This document shows, piece after piece, positions 8,917-17,649 of a stretch of DNA of 64,000 nt (position 1 is its first letter; each line of letters starts with the position of its first letter). The notes below the pieces were generated by a model. That model did not search any database. It saw only the letters and a list, made by a program, of their open reading frames with translations, and had not been told where the DNA came from. This stretch comes from Candidatus Helarchaeota archaeon (GTDB lineage Archaea > Asgardarchaeota > Lokiarchaeia > Helarchaeales > RDOG01): NCBI GenBank assembly GCA_019058315.1, contig JAHPZH010000008.1, positions 1 through 64,000 on the forward strand. The letters are read 5' to 3'. Position numbers and translations under genes: made by a program.

Positions 8917-11519
8917 TTTTTATCTTCCCTTTCATCATTTTCTTTAAAAATTTTTACCTTTTTAATATCTTGTATTATGTAAATACTATTCTCGATTTTT
9001 TTGTATAATTCAAATTCTTCTAGAGATAAATCAGACAACTTGATATTTTTTTCAAGTATTTGATTGACTAATTTGCTCAATTTTTTGCTTATAGCTATAT
9101 GGTATTGCTGGATCTTTTTACCTTCTTCGTGAATAAGTGTAAAATAATTGAGAAGAAAAGGTTCATTCATTATTTGTCCCAGATGGTATAAATCTTTCGG
9201 ATCTCTTGTATAAGTTCTATTACCTTGCACCCAAGATTTAAAAGCATCGTAACTTCTGGGACTTTTTCCTAATTTTTCGAGAAATCTTTTATAAATTTTA
9301 TAAAAATCTTTATATGTAGCAAAATTGTGCTCAAAATATTGGGCTAATTTCCTTGACCAAGTTTCTATTAGTTCATTGTCAATTTCATCTTCAATACCCG
9401 ATATTTCTAAGACCATATCTATAATGGATTTTCGTTCATCTTGATCAATTAAAATGAGAAAATATCCTTCTTCAAACACTCTTGGGAATCCAATGTTAAT
9501 CTTTTCTTCTCCTTTTTCCATATACATATAAGTTTTATCAATATGTAACCTTCGCTTACCTATCTCTCCTGTTTTTTCATTTTTTAAAGTGACAACATAA
9601 TGATCTTTTTCAATAAATTCCCTTTCATATATCTTGTTATCAATTTTTTCTTTTTCTCTACGTAAATGATCTTCTGTTGATTCTTGTTCTTTTAATTCCT
9701 TAAATTTCTCATCTTTTTTTATAAGTTCATTAATAATATTTACAATGGTTAACTGGTCAGCCGATTCAATATTTTCGACCCTGACTTCTTGATTTTGGAT
9801 GCTTATTGCAGGCAATAATGCTTTTCTCCTCTCGAAATCTTCGAAGATAATATCTTTTGGAAGATTTAAATAATTTCTTATTTCTTCTAAATATGAAATA
9901 GTATTCCCTTCATCTTTGATGCTTAATTTTTTCACTAGATTGATTTGATCTTCAATTTGGGATTCATTTTTTCCTTCATAAGCGAAGAATAAAATTTCTT
10001 TCCAAGGTTTGAAAAAAATACTCATATATTTTGGTAGAATTGGTCCCGGAAGAATAAGTATTGACCTTGAAGTAACTTTACTTGAAGTATCCCAAGATGA
10101 TTGTATCTGTCCGAGAGTCTTTACGCATATATTTTCAATTATTTTTTTCAGCTCTACTTCTAAACTTCTTTTTTCTAATTGATTGGCTACGATAATACAA
10201 TCATTATTTTCTATTTTTGATAAAAAATCTAATAAACAATAATTTTTTGATATTCTTGTGTATGAATGGGGTTCCCAAAAGCGTTTGCAATCTTTCAATT
10301 CCACATACATACAATAAAATTCTCGAAGAATTGTGGATAATATTTCTTTAATCTTAGAATCTCCCATAGATTTAACTATGACATGAAAATCTTTCAAGAA
10401 TACATCAATTTCTCTAGTAGTCCATTCGTTTTCAATACAATATCTAGCTTTGAATTTATCAGGATTAATGAAAAGATTGTAGATTTCAAAATATAAAGAT
10501 TTTAGCTTGAAAAATCCATACCTTAAATCTTCAGGGATTAGATTATGATTTAGTTCCGATATTTGATGCATTCCTTCGTTGAAATGATAATCAATATTGC
10601 CTTGGGGAACTGACTTTATAATGTTCATCTGTTTAATTTCGTGATAAAAAATTTCTTTATCTATATTTAAACGAGAAGATAGACCCAAATTCATTTTTAA
10701 AAAGTAGTTAGTTGATTTTCTATTTACATATTCATGACTTTTTAAAAATGAATGGCTATAGTGTAACATCAAAGCATCCAATTCGTTTTTTAAAGGAAGA
10801 ATAAATTCAGAATTAGGGTTAGAAAAATGAAGTATAAATTGAACATCTTTTTCTTCAATAATATTTATCCATTCCAAAAAAACATCCAACTTGGGACTTG
10901 AATATATGAATCGATCTATATTTTCAAAGATGATTACTTTAAAATTAAATTTAGAATTAAAATCCAAAGATTCATCATTAAAAATTAACTTATCAAAGGT
11001 GTATCTGATTCTAGAATTCCGATCTTCTGGAAAAAATAAGACTTTCGGGCGATCAGGGTTTAAATAAATATTTTTTAGATATTTCTCTTTTTTTTCTTGT
11101 AATTCTCTTAAAATTCTGTGGTCTGCTCTTGGAAGATAGAATTTTACTATTATATCATTATCCTTCATATAAGCAACTGGAACTTTATAAAAGATGTAAC
11201 CATTTTCATCAAGCAAATAATAATTTTGATAATGAAGGTCAAATGGGCTTTCATATTTTTCTGATGAAGATTTAGTAAAAACAAATACAGTCTTTCCAGT
11301 CTGTTTTGCAGCCATATAAGAGATTATTGAAATGGGATATAAAATTCCTGAAGGTATTGAAATGATGATGTTTCGTTTTCCAATTATATTGTTTAGAAGA
11401 TTTAGAGTAAATTTAGTGAGTGGACTTAGAGTATCTTTTAGGGAAATTTTCTCAAGATAACTTTCTTTAATTGGATTATAAAAATTAAGTGGAAAAGAAT
11501 CGTACCAACTTTTTAACAT
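8913..11519 (-). CDS. drmE: DrmE-like protein (DISARM class II accessory, degenerate helicase-like fold)
   Basis: 868 aa in operon with drmA/B/C; degenerate RecA-like elements (IIFENIDRF, ILILPGP); C-terminal WSRKL...SYDAFKSWV...RDPKDL region resembles DrmE family; call relies heavily on context. Confidence 0.55.
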   Translation of the reverse strand: MLKSWYDSFPLNFYNPIKESYLEKISLKDTLSPLTKFTLNLLNNIIGKRNIIISIPSGILYPISIISYMAAKQTGKTVFVFTKSSSEKYESPFDLHYQNYYLLDENGYIFYKVPVAYMKDNDIIVKFYLPRADHRILRELQEKKEKYLKNIYLNPDRPKVLFFPEDRNSRIRYTFDKLIFNDESLDFNSKFNFKVIIFENIDRFIYSSPKLDVFLEWINIIEEKDVQFILHFSNPNSEFILPLKNELDALMLHYSHSFLKSHEYVNRKSTNYFLKMNLGLSSRLNIDKEIFYHEIKQMNIIKSVPQGNIDYHFNEGMHQISELNHNLIPEDLRYGFFKLKSLYFEIYNLFINPDKFKARYCIENEWTTREIDVFLKDFHVIVKSMGDSKIKEILSTILREFYCMYVELKDCKRFWEPHSYTRISKNYCLLDFLSKIENNDCIIVANQLEKRSLEVELKKIIENICVKTLGQIQSSWDTSSKVTSRSILILPGPILPKYMSIFFKPWKEILFFAYEGKNESQIEDQINLVKKLSIKDEGNTISYLEEIRNYLNLPKDIIFEDFERRKALLPAISIQNQEVRVENIESADQLTIVNIINELIKKDEKFKELKEQESTEDHLRREKEKIDNKIYEREFIEKDHYVVTLKNEKTGEIGKRRLHIDKTYMYMEKGEEKINIGFPRVFEEGYFLILIDQDERKSIIDMVLEISGIEDEIDNELIETWSRKLAQYFEHNFATYKDFYKIYKRFLEKLGKSPRSYDAFKSWVQGNRTYTRDPKDLYHLGQIMNEPFLLNYFTLIHEEGKKIQQYHIAISKKLSKLVNQILEKNIKLSDLSLEEFELYKKIENSIYIIQDIKKVKIFKENDEREDKK

Positions 11520-12349
11520 AGTGTTATATCCCTCCCCCTCGAAAAAATTGCTTCAAAAATGTCAATTAAGTGTTGAACACCACTTCCACTAATTACTATA
11601 CCAAGTTCAAAATTTTTATTAAAGCTATTTCTCCTTATCTCCCCACTTCCTATATAGGCTTCTATATTATCTGAAATAATAAATTTAGCGTGAATACTAC
11701 TTGTGACTCTCGTATTTTTTATTGAATAATGATAATCTTTTATTATGATTCGACTGAGAACTTTTTCATCCTCTATAGCTTTAAATAATCCTATAATTCT
11801 CTTTCGTTTCTTATTCTGAAATAATTCTCTTGTCAAAATTTTAATATTTACGCCTTGAGTTGCTTTCGAAATTAACTGTTCAGAAAAGACAGCTAATCCA
11901 TTGTATTCTAAAAAAGGTGAACAGATTCTGATAGTTGAATTTGCAGAATCAAACAATCTCTTAATTTCACTCTTTAAAAGACTATAATAAATTTGTTTTT
12001 CTTTAAAATGTTCTTTAAGACCATAAATATCGTAAATGGGAAAAGAAAGGCATAAACATTTAAGGAAAAATGATAATTTTTTTAATACGGGCATTTTAAT
12101 TTGTTCTAGTTGAGGTCGGACTTGTAACTCATTTTTCTTAAAGGGAAGATTTATATTCCGTAATTTTAATACACCTTCTTTTATAAGATACTGTAATGCC
12201 ATCCCCTTTGATTCTTCATTAAATTGGTTTAATTTGGAGTTTTCTAGTATATCTTTAACTTTGATAATTGGTTTATCTTCGAAGAGTAGGAATAAAATTT
12301 TAATAATTTCTTCATATTCCTCCCAAGGAAATATTACCACCCCCAACAT
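11513..12349 (-). CDS. drmC: Phospholipase D-family nuclease (DrmC-like)
   Basis: IRICSPFL; single HKD motif IHAKFIISD followed by AYIGSGE...NFELG; overlaps neighbours. Confidence 0.8.
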   Translation of the reverse strand: MLGVVIFPWEEYEEIIKILFLLFEDKPIIKVKDILENSKLNQFNEESKGMALQYLIKEGVLKLRNINLPFKKNELQVRPQLEQIKMPVLKKLSFFLKCLCLSFPIYDIYGLKEHFKEKQIYYSLLKSEIKRLFDSANSTIRICSPFLEYNGLAVFSEQLISKATQGVNIKILTRELFQNKKRKRIIGLFKAIEDEKVLSRIIIKDYHYSIKNTRVTSSIHAKFIISDNIEAYIGSGEIRRNSFNKNFELGIVISGSGVQHLIDIFEAIFSRGRDITLC

Positions 12350-14250
12350 CTGGATTCAAAGCGATATTTCCCTAGGAATACATCCCTATCAAGAAATTGG
12401 TTAAACATAGTGCAGACAAATTCAGGAAGATAGAGACAGGCAAAACAAGCGCCCTTCTCGTGAATGCAAGTAGGATCGAGAGTACATTCTTGAATATCAA
12501 ACCTGATATCTTGGAACCAATTCCAAATCTCGTTTTCAAATACATATTTAAATCCACCTATGTTAATATTGCTAGTAGAATAAATAAAAAATGCATTTGT
12601 GCTTGGAAATATCATTTCTCCACACGACTGCTCATCCAATCCGGTATAGATAGATGACCTACGTATTAAAATATGCGAAAGTGTGTGTAAAAGGGTCTTT
12701 AAGTGTGAGTATGCTCGTGGATTATTTTCCTTTAAATTTAAAAAAAATTCAAAAAGTCTAGCTTTTGATGATGGAATTACCTCTATCAAGTGGTTTTCTT
12801 TTAGCCATTTACAAATTTTCATTTTATCCAAGATGAATATTATGCCCTCTGTCTGATATGGATACACATACGCTTCAAATTTATCACGATTGTTAAATGC
12901 AGACCAAATTGGTTCGAAATGGGGAGGATTATTGTCTGGCTCGTACCACTTATGAACCCCTTTTATTAAACCATAACATGACAATAAAATATTAATATCG
13001 GATACGTAGATAAGTTGATCAACATAATATTTTTCTTTTATTTCACTTAAATGATCTGATTTTACTGCTCTTTTAATAGGATCCAAAATTTTATCGATAT
13101 AATCTTTATATATTATATTTTGAGAAGATTCTGCATTTAAGCCACCTATTAATGCTGCAAAATCATTGATTTCTCTAATTTGTTCTATTGATCTGTACTT
13201 ATTTTTCAATTCATTAACCACACTTTCAATCCTCGGCATATTCCAACGCTCTCTCCATGACCGTTCTCTTTCTTCATCAGAACTTAATTCGCTAAATTCG
13301 GGCCACTCCGTAAACATTACATTTCTCATTGCTTCATCATTATATCTTTCAATGTATGTATGAAGTTTCTCTAGAGAAATAGATTCATCACTCAATTGTT
13401 CGTGAAATTTCTTTAAAAAAAGACCAAGTAGAATATATTCAAGATCTTCCAAATTGATATTATCCGAATGTGGAATATCAATGGAGCTATCTGTAACTGG
13501 TAAAAATATAGCACCTTCTGTAACAGTAAGGGGGATTGGTTTTTTCTTTTCCGCATTTGAAATTATATTCCCCCAATCAATTTGGTCTTTATGTTCACAC
13601 CAAAACATAAAAATACTGACCCAATTGTTATAATTTTTGCAACCGTTTTTTTGGCATGATACTTCATATGTAGCTAAAGAATCTTTGCTCCCTCTTCTTA
13701 ATTTAACAGGATGATTCTTACAAGACCATTCAAGTTGCCTAATGTTACCGCACGTTTCACAATAATGCATGACACTAATTTGTTCATATTCACCATCACA
13801 ACTTGGGTTTTTACATTTTATGTCGAAATTCTTTAATCTATTCTTAAATTCGGGTCCACCAATTATGTATAAATTTCCGCACTCTTTACATGCAAAGCTT
13901 CTAGGAAAAATCTGAAAGGTTCCTCCATAATCAAGCTCGGATTCACTACCAAATTTTCCATGAGTTAGTTTGAATTTCTTCAATATGAGATCATTTATTC
14001 TTGCATCGGTCAGACCAGGAAGGGTCATTTGATAATCTGCGTGATTAATACGCCGACTGTAATCAGTTTGAATTCGATGAAATAGACGATTTTTAAGCCT
14101 TTCTTCATTATGTATTTTTAAATTTCGGTTATTTTCATCAGGAATTACATAGGTAATTTGAAATGTTAATTTTTTTCGATTAAAGATAAGACCTTTTACT
14201 GCATGGAATATTGCACTACTTCCTGCAAAAGAATTCTCAAAGGGACACAT
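12334..14250 (-). CDS. drmB: DUF1998/MrfA zinc-binding protein (DrmB-like)
   Basis: LLHTLSHILI; C-terminal CTLDPTC...GACFACLYLPEFVCTMFNQFLDR; N-terminal CxxC pairs; likely start ATG 14250 just after drmA stop with AAGGTGA SD. Confidence 0.85.
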   Translation of the reverse strand: MCPFENSFAGSSAIFHAVKGLIFNRKKLTFQITYVIPDENNRNLKIHNEERLKNRLFHRIQTDYSRRINHADYQMTLPGLTDARINDLILKKFKLTHGKFGSESELDYGGTFQIFPRSFACKECGNLYIIGGPEFKNRLKNFDIKCKNPSCDGEYEQISVMHYCETCGNIRQLEWSCKNHPVKLRRGSKDSLATYEVSCQKNGCKNYNNWVSIFMFWCEHKDQIDWGNIISNAEKKKPIPLTVTEGAIFLPVTDSSIDIPHSDNINLEDLEYILLGLFLKKFHEQLSDESISLEKLHTYIERYNDEAMRNVMFTEWPEFSELSSDEERERSWRERWNMPRIESVVNELKNKYRSIEQIREINDFAALIGGLNAESSQNIIYKDYIDKILDPIKRAVKSDHLSEIKEKYYVDQLIYVSDINILLSCYGLIKGVHKWYEPDNNPPHFEPIWSAFNNRDKFEAYVYPYQTEGIIFILDKMKICKWLKENHLIEVIPSSKARLFEFFLNLKENNPRAYSHLKTLLHTLSHILIRRSSIYTGLDEQSCGEMIFPSTNAFFIYSTSNINIGGFKYVFENEIWNWFQDIRFDIQECTLDPTCIHEKGACFACLYLPEFVCTMFNQFLDRDVFLGKYRFESRCWGW

Positions 14251-14251
14251 A

Positions 14252-17200
14252 TCAAGATTCACCTTCTTTAGTGTATTTATTAAAAATATGTTGATAAGCA
14301 CCGCTTAAGGAAAATGAAACCTCAGGTTGTATTCCTCTCATTCCATATTGAGTCTGGAAATAATAATCTTTTTGATTAGCTAATGCATTTGGGAAGAAAT
14401 CAATCACACCTGTGTAATTTGCTAAATAATTCAACCTCCTTTCTACTTCATTAGGAATTTGAGAAAGAATACGTTTCACGCCAATATGGTCTAAATGGGT
14501 ATAATAGGCCTTCTTTATGAATTCAATTAATTTCTCTCTATTTTCATTATTTTCAAAAATTTCATTCACATCCACTGTTCTATAAATGGGTCTTCCCATA
14601 AGATTGCTGAAATAATTTAATATACTCCCGCAAAAAATTGAAGTGAAGGTCTGTTTAAAACCTAGATTAGCCCATCTAGATAACGGAGTTCTTTCTACTT
14701 TATGATCTAACATTTCATGATATAATTCAAAATTCTGGTAATAGCTTAGATCCCGAACTCTATTTGGATAAAACCACATAAAAATGATTCCAACGAATTC
14801 TCTACCAACTCTACTATATGATTGGATGTATTCTGAAGTGTTACGAGTCATTCCTTGAAAAATCATTACATTCCATCGATTAATATCAACGCCATGGGAT
14901 ACCACACTTGTAGCAAAAGTAACATGTATTTTTTTGCCAAATACTGCTTCAATTTCATTAATAGCTTCCTTGATTTCGTCTAGTGAGTTATCTCCAGTTA
15001 ATGGTTTAGATACTATTTGTAATTCTTGAATTTTAGAAGTAACAACAGTATGTAGAAAATAATTCATGCCATGAACATCTGCTTTTTTTGTATGGTAAGT
15101 GAGCAAGCATTGATAATAGGATAACAATTCTAAGAAATCATCAACACTCATGCAATACTTTTTTGCCATCTCTTCTTTATTTTCTGATAAATATTTAAAA
15201 TAATCTGCTATATGGTGCAAAGTATGTAAAGATGCATATTGATTATCGCGCAAGTTAGGTTTCAAACCTAGTATAATACGCTGTGTCTGGATATCATCTT
15301 CAATTTTCTCATATTTAAAGAAAAAATCATGTTCACTGCCTTCCATTGGCGATTTTCCAGGAAATACAAAAACATCTTTCCCGTATAGTTGCTTGATTTG
15401 TTCCTTTACACCAGAGACTGTGGCTGTCAAGCCCAGATACTTGAATTCTTTGTTTGAAAATGAATTTAACATAGTATTTAACAGACTTTCAAAATGGGAA
15501 TCTATAGTGCCAAAACCTTCTCGTAACAAATGCATCTCATCTTGAATCATTAAAGAAGGACCATCACAAGGAGTTTCTTCTTCCATTCCTTGTTTTTTAC
15601 ATGTTTTATATCTTGTTAACTTCACTTCGCAAAAATCCATTAAAGGTACATAACCATGACCATCGGGACATTTGGATATTCGACCTCCAAGCAAGTTTTT
15701 AAACCTTCGGTTTGATGCCACACTTGCAAGTTTATCCACTGTCGAGACAATGAATGAAGGGAGAAATCGATATACTTCTTCGTTTGTATAATATAAATTG
15801 AATTGCTCATGACATTCCTTACATTCATGATATATGCTTTTTAGTTCCTTATTTATTTCTCGTATAACACCCCCCTTACAAAATGGACATTCGTCTAACA
15901 ATATTCCTTTGACTTCTTTTCCCTCTTCATTTAATTTCTTTATCTGTCTTATAGCATCCAGACTAAACCTTGGAAACTCATCTGATACACCAACGAAATA
16001 TCCAAGCGAAAAAGGTTCCCCTCCAATATCATTATTTTTTTTAATCTTCTCCGCCCAAATAATGATTTTGGCTATTCTATGCAATTGTTGAATCGACAAC
16101 ATTCTTAGGGGGAATTTAACAAATCCTGATACACCTCGATGCTTTCCCCTCAACCGATCCAAAAACATTTGAAAAATAGCAATGCCAAAATATGCTTCTG
16201 ATTTACCTCCACCCGTTTTTACGTGTAAGAGTTCAACTCTATGACGGTTTCTATTTGGAATAACAAGATCGGGAATTAGTGAGACAATAAAAATGATTTG
16301 GAATAATCGCCAAGTTTTAAAATTACTAGCATTCATAAATGTTTCTTGCATTAATCTAAATGCTTTCAGAGCCATTTCATTTTGTTTTAAAGTGTCAATA
16401 CCTGTCTGATAACTCGAGAGCACGGTTTCAAATTGCTTAATATTACATGAAAATTCTTCTTCACTATTTCGGGAATCCCCTTTATAAATATCTTGTAGTT
16501 TTTTCATTTCATGTTCTAAAGCTTCAAGTGTGGCAATACAATCTTCTGATTTAAGTTTTTCAAATTCAGCAGTTATCCCATTAAAAGAAGTTCTTGGTGC
16601 AAATTTTAACTGTTTAAATATTGCCCAATGTCTCGTCTGTATTAAACCATTTTTATAATCTGCTTGGCAATTTAGACACCTTAGCATGTTTTGCTGTTTA
16701 TATTTTATATCTTCGTATTCATATTCATATTCAAAAGGAATGATTTGAGTTTCTAACAATTCTATTTTTAAATGACAATTGAATAGAAAAGTTTCGTAAC
16801 TTTGATCCTTCTTAGTAACATTTATCATTCTTATTGTAATAATATCAGAATCTGCTGTAAATCTTTCCCGTTCAAAATGTATTTCTGCCTTCCAAAATAT
16901 TTTTTTTCGAGGTGAGGACTTTATATGTTCCGATAATTTTGCCTCAAAAACGTCCTTTGATTCCATCCAATCTTTTACAAATCCTTTTTTAGAAAATAAA
17001 TTTTCATTTTGATATATATCCTCAATATTATCCGTAAAATCGATTTCTTTATTACCTTCATCCTCTATTAGAAATTCAATTTTTGGAAATTTACAATCGT
17101 AACGTGTCCAAATCTCAGCAAAGCCAGGATCGGATTCCTTTTCCTCTAATTCAGGATTAGTTTTAATAGCATCTAAATAATCCTTCTGTTCGTCAAAATT

Positions 17201-17506
17201 GGGGTATACTCTTAAAAAGACACTACATGAAGGAGTAATCATGATGGAACTTGTTGTACCACTTGGTACTTTAAAATTTATAGAAAAACTATTATGCCTC
17301 ATTGCAGTTCTTGATTGAATTTTTGCTTGACCCGTTGGTTCACCCACCGCGTAATCTTTACTGGAATCAGCAAGTGTTCCTATTATAAAAAATTTAGATG
17401 GTTTAGTTAATAAGCGAAGACGTTTACATGATTGATGTGTCCCATTAAGTTTTTGTAACACATAAGTATAAAAATCCTCAACAAATTGAATTTGGTATTC
17501 ATTCAT
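14252..17506 (-). CDS. drmA: SF2 helicase (DrmA-like)
   Basis: WRLFQ Q-motif, KTGGGKSEAY, FPLRMLSIQQ, STVDKLA, QDEMHLL, TAT, ATSVVSHGVD, YIQSYSRVGR; likely start ATG 17506. Confidence 0.85.
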   Translation of the reverse strand: MNEYQIQFVEDFYTYVLQKLNGTHQSCKRLRLLTKPSKFFIIGTLADSSKDYAVGEPTGQAKIQSRTAMRHNSFSINFKVPSGTTSSIMITPSCSVFLRVYPNFDEQKDYLDAIKTNPELEEKESDPGFAEIWTRYDCKFPKIEFLIEDEGNKEIDFTDNIEDIYQNENLFSKKGFVKDWMESKDVFEAKLSEHIKSSPRKKIFWKAEIHFERERFTADSDIITIRMINVTKKDQSYETFLFNCHLKIELLETQIIPFEYEYEYEDIKYKQQNMLRCLNCQADYKNGLIQTRHWAIFKQLKFAPRTSFNGITAEFEKLKSEDCIATLEALEHEMKKLQDIYKGDSRNSEEEFSCNIKQFETVLSSYQTGIDTLKQNEMALKAFRLMQETFMNASNFKTWRLFQIIFIVSLIPDLVIPNRNRHRVELLHVKTGGGKSEAYFGIAIFQMFLDRLRGKHRGVSGFVKFPLRMLSIQQLHRIAKIIIWAEKIKKNNDIGGEPFSLGYFVGVSDEFPRFSLDAIRQIKKLNEEGKEVKGILLDECPFCKGGVIREINKELKSIYHECKECHEQFNLYYTNEEVYRFLPSFIVSTVDKLASVASNRRFKNLLGGRISKCPDGHGYVPLMDFCEVKLTRYKTCKKQGMEEETPCDGPSLMIQDEMHLLREGFGTIDSHFESLLNTMLNSFSNKEFKYLGLTATVSGVKEQIKQLYGKDVFVFPGKSPMEGSEHDFFFKYEKIEDDIQTQRIILGLKPNLRDNQYASLHTLHHIADYFKYLSENKEEMAKKYCMSVDDFLELLSYYQCLLTYHTKKADVHGMNYFLHTVVTSKIQELQIVSKPLTGDNSLDEIKEAINEIEAVFGKKIHVTFATSVVSHGVDINRWNVMIFQGMTRNTSEYIQSYSRVGREFVGIIFMWFYPNRVRDLSYYQNFELYHEMLDHKVERTPLSRWANLGFKQTFTSIFCGSILNYFSNLMGRPIYRTVDVNEIFENNENREKLIEFIKKAYYTHLDHIGVKRILSQIPNEVERRLNYLANYTGVIDFFPNALANQKDYYFQTQYGMRGIQPEVSFSLSGAYQHIFNKYTKEGES

Positions 17507-17649
17507 TATATTTTCCCCAATTAATAATAACAACTTACAAATTAATATTTCAATAATTTGATATGAATTAATTTAATTCAATATTTACTTTTTAGTTTTT
17601 CTTTTCTTATTTTATTGAAAGAAAATTGAATCTGAATCTAAAATGATGT

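Noticed and set aside
11513-17506. Alternative assignment of helicase/DUF1998/PLD to the Dpd (DpdJ/K) or Druantia systems
   Set aside because: Helicase and DUF1998 are separate genes in DrmA/DrmB order with PLD and a DrmE-sized partner; no dpdA/B/C or preQ0 genes adjacent.
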